Shown piece by piece: positions 28,610-38,982 of a stretch of 64,000 bases of DNA. The stretch's first letter is position 1. Every line of letters begins with the position of its first letter. A program made the translations under genes and the position numbers. This stretch comes from Spirochaetia bacterium. Lineage in GTDB: Bacteria > Spirochaetota > Spirochaetia > DSM-27196 > Salinispiraceae. The notes beneath the pieces were generated by a model. That model was not told the origin of the DNA. It made no database searches and worked only from the letters and a program-made list of their open reading frames with translations. The DNA is taken from assembly GCA_038204425.1 (NCBI GenBank), contig JBBRCZ010000004.1:32001-96000 (forward strand). Direction: 5' to 3'.

Positions 28610-30079
28610 GTGAACTATTTCAACAGTATTCCATGGCGTGCGGCGCTCAAACAATTGGGCGTTTGTCGCTTTATGGACAGAAACGAATTTGCAGACGGTA
28701 TTGCCATTCTCAAGGGCAAAAAAATTGTGATTGTTGGTTGTGGCGCCCAGGGTCTCAACCAGGGTCTTAACTTGCGTGACAGCGGTTTGGACGTTAGCTA
28801 TACGCTGCGCAAGGAAGCAATCGCCGAAAAGCGTCAGAGCTGGAAGAGTGCCACCGAGAATGGTTTTAAGGTTGGCACCTATGACGAACTCATTCCAGGT
28901 GCCGATATTGTGGGCAACTTGACTCCCGATAAGCAACACAGTCCGGTTATTAACGCCGTCATGCCATTGATGAAGAAGGGCGCCACCTTGTGGTACAGCC
29001 ACGGCTTTAACATTGTAGAAGAAGGCATGCAGATTCGCAAAGATATCACCGTAGTAATGATGGCCCCCAAGGGTCCTGGCTCCGAAGTTCGTGTTGAATA
29101 CACACGCGGGTTTGGTATCCCTACCCTGATTGCCGTCCATCCAGAGAACGATCCCGAAAACAAGGGCTGGGCAGTGGCCAAGGCTTTGTCGGTAGGTACC
29201 GGTGGTAGCCGCGCAGGTGTGCTCGAGTCTAGTTTTGTGGCAGAAGTTAAGTCCGACCTCATGGGCGAGCAAACCATTTTGTGTGGCATGTTACAGACTG
29301 GCAGTATCCTGTGTTTTAACAAGCTAATAGAACACGGCATCGACAAAAACTGGGCAGCCAAGTTTATCCAGTTTGGCTGGGAAACCATTACCGAAGCGCT
29401 TAAGTTTGGTGGCATAACCGGCATGATGGACCGCCTCTCCAACCCTGCTAAGCTCAAGGCCTTTGAACTAGCAAGCGAACTCAAGTCTATTATGGCACCC
29501 TTGTACCAAAAGCACCAAGATGACATCATTTCTGGTGAGTTTAGCCAGACTATGATGGCAGACTGGAAGAACGACGACAAGAACCTTTTGACCTGGAGAG
29601 AAGCAAGCGGCAAAACTGCCTTTGAACAAACAGCACCGTCAGCCGACGTTATTGGTGAACAAGAATACTTTGACAAGGGTATCATCATGGTAGCTATTGT
29701 TAAGGCCGGTGTAGAGCTTGCGTTTGAAACCATGGTAGACGCCGGCATCAAACCCGAGAGCGCCTACTACGAAAGCTTGCACGAGACGCCTTTGATTGCC
29801 AACCTCATCAGCCGCAAGAAACTTTACGAAATGAACAAAGTTATATCTGACACTGCCGAATATGGCTGTTATCTCTTTGACAACGCCTGCCGTCCTCTCT
29901 TGGCAGAATTCTTTAAAAAGATTGATCATGATGTTTTGGGCAAGGGTCTGTTTGGTATTTCCAACGCTGTACCCAACCGCGAGCTGGTAAAGGTAAACGA
30001 AGAAATTCGCAACCATCCTGTCGAAAAAATTGGCAAGATTTTGCGCGCCTATATGACTGCCATGAAAGAAGTCATCTAA
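28610..30079 (+). CDS. ilvC: Ketol-acid reductoisomerase, class II (long, E. coli-type)
   Basis: GTG start after GGAGG. Motifs [32 protein letters not shown] and ISDTAEYG. Confidence 0.96.
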   Translation: MNYFNSIPWRAALKQLGVCRFMDRNEFADGIAILKGKKIVIVGCGAQGLNQGLNLRDSGLDVSYTLRKEAIAEKRQSWKSATENGFKVGTYDELIPGADIVGNLTPDKQHSPVINAVMPLMKKGATLWYSHGFNIVEEGMQIRKDITVVMMAPKGPGSEVRVEYTRGFGIPTLIAVHPENDPENKGWAVAKALSVGTGGSRAGVLESSFVAEVKSDLMGEQTILCGMLQTGSILCFNKLIEHGIDKNWAAKFIQFGWETITEALKFGGITGMMDRLSNPAKLKAFELASELKSIMAPLYQKHQDDIISGEFSQTMMADWKNDDKNLLTWREASGKTAFEQTAPSADVIGEQEYFDKGIIMVAIVKAGVELAFETMVDAGIKPESAYYESLHETPLIANLISRKKLYEMNKVISDTAEYGCYLFDNACRPLLAEFFKKIDHDVLGKGLFGISNAVPNRELVKVNEEIRNHPVEKIGKILRAYMTAMKEVI

Positions 30080-30084
30080 AACTC

Positions 30085-31068
30085 ATGTTTGACACACTTT
30101 TTTTGACCGCGTCGTGGCTTGCCATACCGGTCATGTTAGTGGGCTTTTTGCCCCTGATCTTTGGTGCCAATTGGTTGGTTGATAGCGGCTCTGCCTTGGC
30201 CAAGCGACTTAACATACCCACCTTGGCAATTGGACTAACCATAGTTGCCTTTGGCACCAGTATGCCAGAGCTGATAGTCAATTTGTTTGCCGCCTCGAGT
30301 GGCAGCACCGACATAGCCTTGGGCAACATCATTGGCTCCAATGTGTTTAACATCCTGGCTATCCTCGGTGTTTCGGCAGCCATTTATCCAATTGTGATTA
30401 AAAGCAGCACCACTTGGATAGAGATTCCTTTAGTCGTGCTGGCAGCTCTGGTTGTCGCCGTGCTCGCCAATGACCTGTTTTTTGACGGGGCCAGCACCAA
30501 CAGCATTGGTCGCATCGATGGTTTGATACTTTTGGCCTTCTTTGTCATTTTTATTGGCTACACCGTTTCGATGGCCATCAAAGGCAGCAGCGACGACTCA
30601 CTTGAGATTAAGAACTGGGGACTTGGCGTTTCAATTGCTTTTCTGTTCTTGGGACTTGCCGCCATGATTTTGGGTGGCAAAATGATAGTAGAGGGTGCTG
30701 TCCAGACGGCTCGCAGTTTTGGCATGGCAGAGCGCGTGATTGGCCTCACTATTGTCTCAATTGGTACCAGTCTCCCCGAGCTTGCCACCTCGGCGGTTGC
30801 TGCTTTTAAGAAGAACTCTGATATTGCGATCGGCAACATCGTTGGTTCCAACTTATTCAACACCTTCTTTATTTTAGGCGCAACAGCAGTAATTAGGCCT
30901 ATTCCACTCAACCCGGCTTCCAATCTCGACCTCTGGGTCAACATTGGTGCCTCAGTTCTACTTTGCTTATTTGTCTTTTTGCCACGTAGCCGCCGACTGT
31001 CCAAGCCAGAGGGTTGGACATTTATGGCTTGCTACGTTGCTTACGTTGCCGTCTTGTTTATAACTTGA
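30085..31068 (+). CDS. Ca2+/Na+ antiporter (CaCA, YrbG-like)
   Basis: Duplicated alpha repeats GTSMPE...GNIIGSN and GTSLPE...GNIVGSN. Confidence 0.92.
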   Translation: MFDTLFLTASWLAIPVMLVGFLPLIFGANWLVDSGSALAKRLNIPTLAIGLTIVAFGTSMPELIVNLFAASSGSTDIALGNIIGSNVFNILAILGVSAAIYPIVIKSSTTWIEIPLVVLAALVVAVLANDLFFDGASTNSIGRIDGLILLAFFVIFIGYTVSMAIKGSSDDSLEIKNWGLGVSIAFLFLGLAAMILGGKMIVEGAVQTARSFGMAERVIGLTIVSIGTSLPELATSAVAAFKKNSDIAIGNIVGSNLFNTFFILGATAVIRPIPLNPASNLDLWVNIGASVLLCLFVFLPRSRRLSKPEGWTFMACYVAYVAVLFIT

Positions 31069-31929
31069 TCTAAGGGAGTCTTCTGCCCAGCAGCTTGGTG
31101 TAGAGTTCTTGTGGGATAAGGAATTACTATACCAGCTTGCTGGTACGCAGCGTGTAGTCGCTTGACCAGTTCGTGGCGCAAATCATGTTGCAGTGGAAAG
31201 TCGCTAATGCGCATGATGAGTCTAAACTTAACGCCTGATTGGCTAAAGTCATAGAATCTCACCAGAGGTTCAAAGTCCTTGACTGCACCTTCTACGCATG
31301 CTGCTGTTTCTCTTGCTACCTTGAGAGTGAGTTCTTCCACGGTTGGCAGGTGGCTTTCATAGGCAACCTGCAAAGCTAGTGCAACTGCCAAACCGCCTAC
31401 TCCAAGGGCAGTTAGCATCGGCGTAATTTCTACTCCAATGGCATTGAGCGCCAAGAGCCCCCCCCAGTGAGACGATAACGGCACGTACCAAGTTAATTAA
31501 TATTGATGTCACAACCGGATGGGCGTGATCAGTGGGGTTGAGTGGCAATTTGGTCATCAATATTTCGGCCAAACGTGCCACAAAGACTACACACTTCGCA
31601 ATCAAACCTATTTTGAGAGCACCTGCTGTAAACTCAAATATACTACCTATCGGTTTGAGCCAGCTTTGGGCAGTTTGGAGTCCAAGCAAGAGAGAGAGTG
31701 GCACTATCAAAAAACGAGTGCTTTTTCGTATCGATTCGCCAAGCAGTGCTGCACGCGGGTTCTGCTGTTTTTTTAGTTTGCGTGTTAGCCGCCCAACAAT
31801 AAAAAAATTTAGCACAAGGCCAATGACAACAAACAGAACAGGCATACAAGCAGCAACAATAAGGTCCTCATGAGAGAAAGTTAATAAATTTGATTGATTG
31901 CCTGCCTGTTCTAATGAAACGTTTATCAT
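31041..31929 (-). pseudogene. Small-conductance mechanosensitive channel (MscS family), frameshifted and internally deleted
   Basis: The N-terminal TM ORF (31929-31357) and the TM3/C-terminal ORF (LTALGVGGLAVALALQ...GIVIPYPTR) join across a G8 run (31458-31465). The middle beta domain is absent. Confidence 0.8.
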
Positions 31930-31973
31930 AGTTTGACCTCTTCTGCGTTTAATCCTACAATTAAATCAAGCTT

Positions 31974-33668
31974 ATGTCTCACCATGAAAAGTCGGAACCT
32001 GGCAGGTTAAAGTATATTCTATTTAATCTCATCACCGACCCTGTTCTCGTCATTGACGACCAAATGCGGGTAGTAATTCACAACCAGGCCGCGCTTAAAT
32101 TCTTTCCACGTTGTGACATGCGCCAACACAGCCAGTTTTCCGACGTAGCCGAGCATATTAGCAATCGCCAAGTAGTTTTAAACATGGTTGCATTGGGTCT
32201 GGAAGGCAAACGCGTTAAAAAAAACGTAGTTATGTTCATCAATGAACGTGAATATACTGGCGGGTTAACCGTAGAGCCGGGTCCCAAAACCACCAGTAGC
32301 GAGCAACATAGACCTTGGGTTGTTTTGGTTTTTAAGGACAGCACCGCCTACCAACGGTTGCAAAAGCGCATGACGCAGGACGAGTTTTTTGACCGCAGCT
32401 CAGGCCTACTCAATCGCCGCTCACTCGACATTGTGTTGGAAACAGAGTTAGAAAAGGCCAGCCGCTCAAGCAGCCGAGCCAAATTGGCGCTGATGATGAT
32501 TCAGATCACCAACTTAGAAGGACTAAAACTGGCTTTTGGACCCAAAATTAGTAACATTATTTTTGAGCAAGTTGGCAACAACATTCGTGAGGCGCTACGA
32601 CTGTCTGACATGATTTTTCATTACGACGACAACCGTATACTTGCCATTGTTACCCAGTTTGAATGGAAGAGCGATCTACTGATCGTGGCCGAAAGAGTGG
32701 AGGATCAAATTGCGGTTCCTTTTCATCACCAAGAGACCGACATCCATCTGCGCGCGTGTATTGGCATCACCATTTTTCCTGAGGATGGTAGTGAGAAGGA
32801 TCAACTGATTAGCAATTCCACAGCTGCCTTGGCCCAAGCCATAGAAATTGGCAAGCCATGGTTAATTTTTAACGACGATGTCCATCAACAAGCGCTTGAT
32901 CGCCTGTTCTTGCGCAGTGGCTTAACTAAGGCTGTCAGAGAAAATGAGCTGCAGCTTCGCTACATGGCGTTGGTCAATGCCGAGGGCCAGATTTGCGGGG
33001 TAGAAGCCTTGGTGCGCTGGATGCATCCAGAGCGAGGGCTCTTGGGCCCAGACCAGTTTTTGCCGATAGCCATACATTCCCACATCATTGGGGCTTTGAC
33101 GCGCTGGGTTCTCTATCGTTTAATAGAAGACTATCAGAAGCACTTTAGTAAACTGGACATCTTCTGCACTTTTAATATCTCGGCGGTAGACTTGGAGGAC
33201 TTGTACCTGCCTATCAGTATCCAAACCGCCATCAAGGGCAAGATGGATCCATCCAAGATCAAGATAGAAATTACGGAAAGCGAATTTATGGAAAACTACG
33301 ATCGTGCGCAAACGGCCATAGAATCGTTTCGACAGCATGGTTTTGACGTCTTAATAGACGATTTTGGCGTCGGCAACTCGTCTCTGAGCTACCTCAAGGA
33401 TCTTTCCGCGCGTTATGCCAAAATTGACAAAAGCTTCTTGACCGATATTGTGGAATCAGCTTTAGAACTTGACTTTTTGCACCACATTGTTGCCTTGTGC
33501 AAAGTGCGCAACATAATAGTTCTTTTGGAGGGTATTGAAACCCAAGCTCAGTTTGAAAAACTCACCTCTAGCGGGGCAGACTTGTTTCAGGGTCATTTTT
33601 TTGGGACACCGATGACCGTCGAGGAACTAATGCGTCGTTTTGCCGAGCACAAAGTATTTAGCGACTAA
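31974..33668 (+). CDS. PAS-GGDEF(degenerate)-EAL protein, probable c-di-GMP phosphodiesterase
   Basis: VEALVRW, IEITES, IDDFGVG, KIDKSF, EGIET and FQG are intact. The GGDEF position reads YDDNR. Confidence 0.88.
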   Translation: MSHHEKSEPGRLKYILFNLITDPVLVIDDQMRVVIHNQAALKFFPRCDMRQHSQFSDVAEHISNRQVVLNMVALGLEGKRVKKNVVMFINEREYTGGLTVEPGPKTTSSEQHRPWVVLVFKDSTAYQRLQKRMTQDEFFDRSSGLLNRRSLDIVLETELEKASRSSSRAKLALMMIQITNLEGLKLAFGPKISNIIFEQVGNNIREALRLSDMIFHYDDNRILAIVTQFEWKSDLLIVAERVEDQIAVPFHHQETDIHLRACIGITIFPEDGSEKDQLISNSTAALAQAIEIGKPWLIFNDDVHQQALDRLFLRSGLTKAVRENELQLRYMALVNAEGQICGVEALVRWMHPERGLLGPDQFLPIAIHSHIIGALTRWVLYRLIEDYQKHFSKLDIFCTFNISAVDLEDLYLPISIQTAIKGKMDPSKIKIEITESEFMENYDRAQTAIESFRQHGFDVLIDDFGVGNSSLSYLKDLSARYAKIDKSFLTDIVESALELDFLHHIVALCKVRNIIVLLEGIETQAQFEKLTSSGADLFQGHFFGTPMTVEELMRRFAEHKVFSD

Positions 33669-33670
33669 AA

Positions 33671-34852
33671 CTAGCGCCGCAAGGGCGAATCCAGATTAAG
33701 GGCTTGGATTTGTTCTTGCTCTTGCTCATTTATTTGCGGCATATATTGAGAAAAGAGCGCATGAAAGTCTGGATTGTAATAGCGGTGGAAGCTACGCGTT
33801 TCTTCGGCCACAAAACCGCGCCTAATTTTGTGAGGACTGCCTGCGCCTGGGTCAAAGATTTCAATGCCTTCTTGGATACACCATTCGATTGGGCGATAAT
33901 AGCACAGCTCAAAATGCAAGTCGGGGTGGAACTCTTGAGTGCCCCAAAACCTGCCGTATAGATAGCCGTTGCCCCTAAACATAAACGTCATCGCCATCGG
34001 AACTTCGTCTGGACTTTCAAGTAGATTGGGGTTGCGCGAAGCCCAAGCAAAGACAATAAAGTCTGCACAGTCCACCACAGCACGGGCAAAAAACTCGTGA
34101 TTGAGAAAACGCGCCGCCCAAGGGCCAAACTGTTGGTTGGTTTGGTAGTAAAGTTCGGCCATGTGGGCGGCCCAAGCCTTGCGCTGCGGCTGGCTCAGTT
34201 GCTCCATGGTCACCACGCCTGTAAAGATACCTGCATCTTGTACAGACTGGCGCTCACGCTTAATATTGCGCCTTTGATTCTTGCCAAAGACGGCCAAATA
34301 ATCTTCAAAGTCTGACCACTGGCGATTGCGCCAGGCGTAGCGATGATGCGTCCAGGCCAGCATATTTTGATCTTCAAGTGCACTTTCCATCGTGCGCTCA
34401 ACAAAAAGGGCGTGCAGCGAATGGCAGCCGAGTTGCGAGACCCGTTGTTGCAGTTGCGTCAAAATAACAAGTGACAGTTCTTCTCGTCTTGTTTCGTCTG
34501 CCATCAAAAAGCGGTAGTCAGCACTTGGTGTAGCAGGAATAGTTGCCACCAGTTTTGGGTAGTACGTCTGTCCCATCTGTTTGGCCAGGTCAGCCCAAGC
34601 AAAATCGTAGACATAGTCACCCCAGCTATTGCTGCGACCATAGGCTACTGCGGCTGCCACAAGGCTGCCGTCACCCTCACGCACCAAGAGGTGACTTGCA
34701 TGCCAACCAGTGCTTGGCGCGATGCTGCCAGAAAGCTCCATGGCAGCAAGCCAACCATGTCGATGGCAAGGGCTGGTTTGCTTTCCAAGCAGGCTGTCCC
34801 ATTCGCTTGCTGCAACTTGGGCGATACTATCTAACCATTGAAATTGCAGCAT
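33671..34852 (-). CDS. FemAB-like/GNAT (DUF482-type) protein
   Basis: SWGDYVYDFAWA, YYPKL, LYGRFWG, LHFELCYY and GSPHKIRRGF motifs. Confidence 0.85.
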   Translation of the reverse strand: MLQFQWLDSIAQVAASEWDSLLGKQTSPCHRHGWLAAMELSGSIAPSTGWHASHLLVREGDGSLVAAAVAYGRSNSWGDYVYDFAWADLAKQMGQTYYPKLVATIPATPSADYRFLMADETRREELSLVILTQLQQRVSQLGCHSLHALFVERTMESALEDQNMLAWTHHRYAWRNRQWSDFEDYLAVFGKNQRRNIKRERQSVQDAGIFTGVVTMEQLSQPQRKAWAAHMAELYYQTNQQFGPWAARFLNHEFFARAVVDCADFIVFAWASRNPNLLESPDEVPMAMTFMFRGNGYLYGRFWGTQEFHPDLHFELCYYRPIEWCIQEGIEIFDPGAGSPHKIRRGFVAEETRSFHRYYNPDFHALFSQYMPQINEQEQEQIQALNLDSPLRR

Positions 34853-34869
34853 ATTTTTTTCCGTTTATC

Positions 34870-37800
34870 CTAGCCAAAAATCTCGTCGATAGTCAGGCGA
34901 TAGGAAAGATCTTTTAGGAACTCCCCAAATTTGTTTATAAAGACGATGCTGACCTGCAGATCTTCTTGGGCACCTTCTGCCACAATCAAAATATTGTTGA
35001 CGCCTTTGTTGAGAGGAGCATCCTCCAACTTGCTGGCCTTTTGTATGCTGGGGCCAACTTGACCAATATATCGGTCAGAAATCCAAATGCGAGCGTTGCA
35101 GTTGCAGCTTATCAAGAGGTCAGGGGTAATAGTTGGGTCGGGCAAAGAATTTTCTTCGCGCTCAAAGTTGTTGCGGTTGACCGGCGACTGGACATAGGCT
35201 GTCATCAATACTGTCTTTCCAGCGCTGGCTTTGGCGGTCAACCATCCGTCAGTTTTAAAGATTCGCGACATCCAACCATAAAGTCCCTCCCCGAGGTTGT
35301 TGAGCTTGTAATCACGACTCTTGTAATAGGCAATCATCTCATCCAAAGCGTAGGTGCTGCTATGCTCAAGCGCCATTACGGCAGGTATCGCAAAGTCAGC
35401 GTCGCTCTTGATCTTTTGTAAGAATCGCAACTGGCTACTTAAGCCAGCATTGTACAAAAGTCTGCCAAAAAATCGCGCTACCCGCGGGTTGTCATCGGGC
35501 AAAACCTGACAGATTATTAGTGAGCCCTTGCCAATTTTGACCTCGGCCCCATATTTTGCACCAACAAAATCTTCGGCCAACTTGTTGGTGATGCCCGCAA
35601 TCTTGAGGGCTTCCATGTCAACGCCCTGGACATACATTTTTTCCCAAGGGTTATGAAGTGAGGTCAAAAAATACTCAGCGTCTTCTACTACCAGGGCGTG
35701 GCTGGCAATCAAGCGATTAGTTTTGGAAAAAATGTATGTCACACGGTCGAGGCCGTAAACGTCAGTTGTACAAACACCATTAACCAGTGGGTGTTCTTCT
35801 ACATCCACCTGGTAAACAGGCTGAGGAAAAATCTTTACTATTTTTTGTGCAAGTTCGCTTAAGATCGTCGAGTCTAGGGCCTGTGCACCAAAAACCACTA
35901 GGCTTGCACCTTGACTTATCTGACTGTGCAAGGTTTTGATGTCCAGCTGCGCAAGATCTTGTGCTGCCAGAACTGCAACACAATCGCCATGTATTTGACT
36001 TTGCTGGCCCTTTGCCTGAACAAACTCAGCAAGGACTGAACTAAGACCAGCTACATCGCCCGCCAGGTTAAGGCCCAAACGAGCAGGCCTTGCGCGGTAG
36101 TCAAGTGCGTAAGCAAGCATGTTTCTAAACAGCCAGGCTGCTTGTGGTGCACTATCAATAAATGAGCAGATGCCAAGCTGACAAAGTATCAGACTACCTT
36201 TTCCATGCTTGACTTCCAAAAGACTCGACCAATCCAAACCACCATTGCCAAAATCACCCTCGCCGCATTCCAGCAGTATCGAGATAGCGCCTGATTGTGG
36301 TTTCTCAAAAGCATTGTTAGTAAGGTAGCGGCAGTCTGGGTAGTTTGGGTTGAGAGTATCCCAAAGCATAAAATCATCTTCACTCATGCCTGCAAAAATC
36401 GGATGTTGGTAGTCCAAGACAAAGGAACTAAAGAACTTGCGACCAGAAAGTACTGCCTCGCCGGGGGCAAAGTAGGACTGCTCAAGAACAACAATGCTTC
36501 CACCCTGCTCTAAAAAATCCTCCATCAAGGGTTGGCAGGCATCATAGGCTTCTGCAAATTCTGGTCCAACAATAATCACCTGCGGCTTGGCGTCACTGGC
36601 AGCAGCAAAGCTTTGAAAGGGTTCAATGCCTGCACAAACTTGAGCCAAACGCTGCAAGTCTGATTTATTGCCCACAAAGCCGATGCGTTTGCCACTATAA
36701 CAACTGTCCAGAGCAATCTGTCGAGGATAGACGTGATATTCAAATTGCATGTCGTCAATTTTTTTGCCCTGATGCAAAAGGTCAAAGCGGAGCACAAAGG
36801 TTTGCGGCACGGTAGTTTCAAAATTAAAGTCAAAAGATACCTTCTCAAATGTCCCTGCTTCTTGTTCAAACTTCTTTTTCTGCTTAAAAATCAGCCTGCC
36901 GTTGGCGTTCTTTACTTCCAGCCTAAGCTCGGTTTGGCTGGTGCCAAAGGTGTCGTTAAAGACATTAAAGTGCCGGGTGTTGGGTCCGGCGTAAAGCCGA
37001 GTATTGTATTGTGCAGGCGTAATTAGCACGGCAGCAAATGCAGGAGTACAAGCGTAAAACGAGGCGTTAGGTACCATAAAAGGTTTGTCTGGCACAAAAC
37101 CATTTGGCACCGTTAGCGAGCGTTTGCGTACTATTTTTGGCTTAGGGCCGGGGGTATCGAGTGCCTTGTGCTTGAGATGAATGTCTTGGTCCGGAAACGC
37201 GTAAAGCATGTAATTGATCATATTAAACGGACCGAGTCCGCTTACTTCCTGCTCGCGAGCGTACTCAAGAAAATGCCTCTCGGTCATACCGATGGTATAC
37301 ATTGCATCTTCAAAATTGCGGTAGGCCCGTGGGCCGGCGTATTCGGTCCCTACCACTGGTGAAACATAGTGCCACTTGCCGTGCTCACCAAAAGTCAACG
37401 GTTTTTCTTTGTTCCAACCCGAAACGGTACCGTCAATATTGTAATGCATCGATACAACTTCCATCTGCTCTTCGGTGAGCAGTCGATTGTCGCCGTCGCA
37501 GGAGACCAAGCGACTGGGATCAAGTGAATGCATGAGCGCCATAAACTCAGGAATGTACTGTTTATAAGTGTCGGCGCCGTCCACCCAACGCATTTCGTTT
37601 TGCAGACTCCACATAACGATACAGGGGTGGTTGCGATCGCGTCTAACAAATCTATGCAAGTGTTCTCTACAATTGTTAATAAACTCAGCATTGTCAGCAA
37701 TCATGTACTTGGACGAACCGTAAATGGCGCTCTCATCTATGATTAGCATGCCCATTTCGTCGGCAACATCATAGAACAAACTTGGGTAAGGCATGCCGTG

Positions 37801-38844
37801 CAGCCGTACCGAATTGGCGCCGGTCTGCTTGCAAAGCGTATACCAACTCTTGGCGTACTCGCGTGTTTGACAAGCGTGCCCTTGGTAATGCCAACTGTCG
37901 CCACGCAAATTTATGCGCTTACCGTTTAAAAAGAGCTTGTGTTTTTGGTTCCATATTTCTCTAAATCCAAAGCGCTCGGTCATACGATCCAACAAGATCT
38001 CATCTTCAAACAACTCAAGCTGCAGATGATAGAGGTTTGGATTTTCTATGTCCCACAGTTTTGGGTTTCCCCAATCCTGCTCTAAACACGTTTTAGCACC
38101 GGATATTCTGCTTTTAAAGGTCAAAACTGTTTTTTTGCCATCCAAAACCTTAGCTACGATGCGATATTTTTTATTGCTTGCTGCATCGATCTTAAAAGCT
38201 TGGTCGGAATTGCCACTGTCCGCAAGCGCCACGTCGACAATCAGCTTGGAAGTTCTAAAGCGTGTTTCAATCCTTGCTTCACTAAAGTGCTTATTTGGTA
38301 TGTAGCGCAGCCAGGCGTCCTGCCAAATACCCAAGGACATCCACGAAAACCAAGTGCCATCGGGCGCAATTCGGCGCTTACCATATGGTGTTTCGACTGT
38401 CTCATAAGATCCACACCAAACAAGCAGTTCTATCTCTTGTTCGTCGTGGCTAAGCTGCTCAGTGATATCTATCGAAAGAGGCATAAAAGCTTCAGCTGTC
38501 GCCAGCATAAGCTTATTGTTGACGTAAATTTTAGAACGTTGAAAAACGGCGTCAAGGACAATCACGGTACGCATGTCGTTAAGTTTTTTGACTAAGAGTT
38601 TACGCCCGATGATGCCACTCTTTGCTTGGTTCCATGCCGCTGGATAGTCAAAAATGTTAAAAAAGTCTTTTTCTTCGGGAGTTTTGACGGCCATATCAAC
38701 GTTATAGAGCTGATAACGTGCAGAAGATGGTACAAAAATAGGCACAGTATCCCAGACAGGACTGGCCAAACTGTCGGCCGGTTGACTGTCATCGTAGATG
38801 GGTGCAAATCGCCATTGACCATTGATACAAATATTCTGTCTCAT
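34870..38844 (-). CDS. Glycoside hydrolase family 2, large multidomain
   Basis: FGFRE...LFLNGKRINLRG, GANSVRLH, DEMGMLI and RDRNHPCIVMWSLQNE (acid/base Glu). Confidence 0.88.
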   Translation of the reverse strand: MRQNICINGQWRFAPIYDDSQPADSLASPVWDTVPIFVPSSARYQLYNVDMAVKTPEEKDFFNIFDYPAAWNQAKSGIIGRKLLVKKLNDMRTVIVLDAVFQRSKIYVNNKLMLATAEAFMPLSIDITEQLSHDEQEIELLVWCGSYETVETPYGKRRIAPDGTWFSWMSLGIWQDAWLRYIPNKHFSEARIETRFRTSKLIVDVALADSGNSDQAFKIDAASNKKYRIVAKVLDGKKTVLTFKSRISGAKTCLEQDWGNPKLWDIENPNLYHLQLELFEDEILLDRMTERFGFREIWNQKHKLFLNGKRINLRGDSWHYQGHACQTREYAKSWYTLCKQTGANSVRLHGMPYPSLFYDVADEMGMLIIDESAIYGSSKYMIADNAEFINNCREHLHRFVRRDRNHPCIVMWSLQNEMRWVDGADTYKQYIPEFMALMHSLDPSRLVSCDGDNRLLTEEQMEVVSMHYNIDGTVSGWNKEKPLTFGEHGKWHYVSPVVGTEYAGPRAYRNFEDAMYTIGMTERHFLEYAREQEVSGLGPFNMINYMLYAFPDQDIHLKHKALDTPGPKPKIVRKRSLTVPNGFVPDKPFMVPNASFYACTPAFAAVLITPAQYNTRLYAGPNTRHFNVFNDTFGTSQTELRLEVKNANGRLIFKQKKKFEQEAGTFEKVSFDFNFETTVPQTFVLRFDLLHQGKKIDDMQFEYHVYPRQIALDSCYSGKRIGFVGNKSDLQRLAQVCAGIEPFQSFAAASDAKPQVIIVGPEFAEAYDACQPLMEDFLEQGGSIVVLEQSYFAPGEAVLSGRKFFSSFVLDYQHPIFAGMSEDDFMLWDTLNPNYPDCRYLTNNAFEKPQSGAISILLECGEGDFGNGGLDWSSLLEVKHGKGSLILCQLGICSFIDSAPQAAWLFRNMLAYALDYRARPARLGLNLAGDVAGLSSVLAEFVQAKGQQSQIHGDCVAVLAAQDLAQLDIKTLHSQISQGASLVVFGAQALDSTILSELAQKIVKIFPQPVYQVDVEEHPLVNGVCTTDVYGLDRVTYIFSKTNRLIASHALVVEDAEYFLTSLHNPWEKMYVQGVDMEALKIAGITNKLAEDFVGAKYGAEVKIGKGSLIICQVLPDDNPRVARFFGRLLYNAGLSSQLRFLQKIKSDADFAIPAVMALEHSSTYALDEMIAYYKSRDYKLNNLGEGLYGWMSRIFKTDGWLTAKASAGKTVLMTAYVQSPVNRNNFEREENSLPDPTITPDLLISCNCNARIWISDRYIGQVGPSIQKASKLEDAPLNKGVNNILIVAEGAQEDLQVSIVFINKFGEFLKDLSYRLTIDEIFG

Positions 38845-38982
38845 GAACTGTCCTTGCTTGATGATCTGTCCACAAAGGAATTTTCATCTCTGCGAGAATA
38901 CTGCATTAGCGTTCTTGTTGCAAGAAATCAGTGCCCAAAGTAAGGCTTGATGAAGCAAGAGAAAGCCGTCCATAATCAGGCC

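Noticed and set aside
28454..29751. Long antisense ORFs (272 aa and 290 aa) over ilvC
   Set aside because: Shadow frames of a conserved gene with no recognisable motifs.
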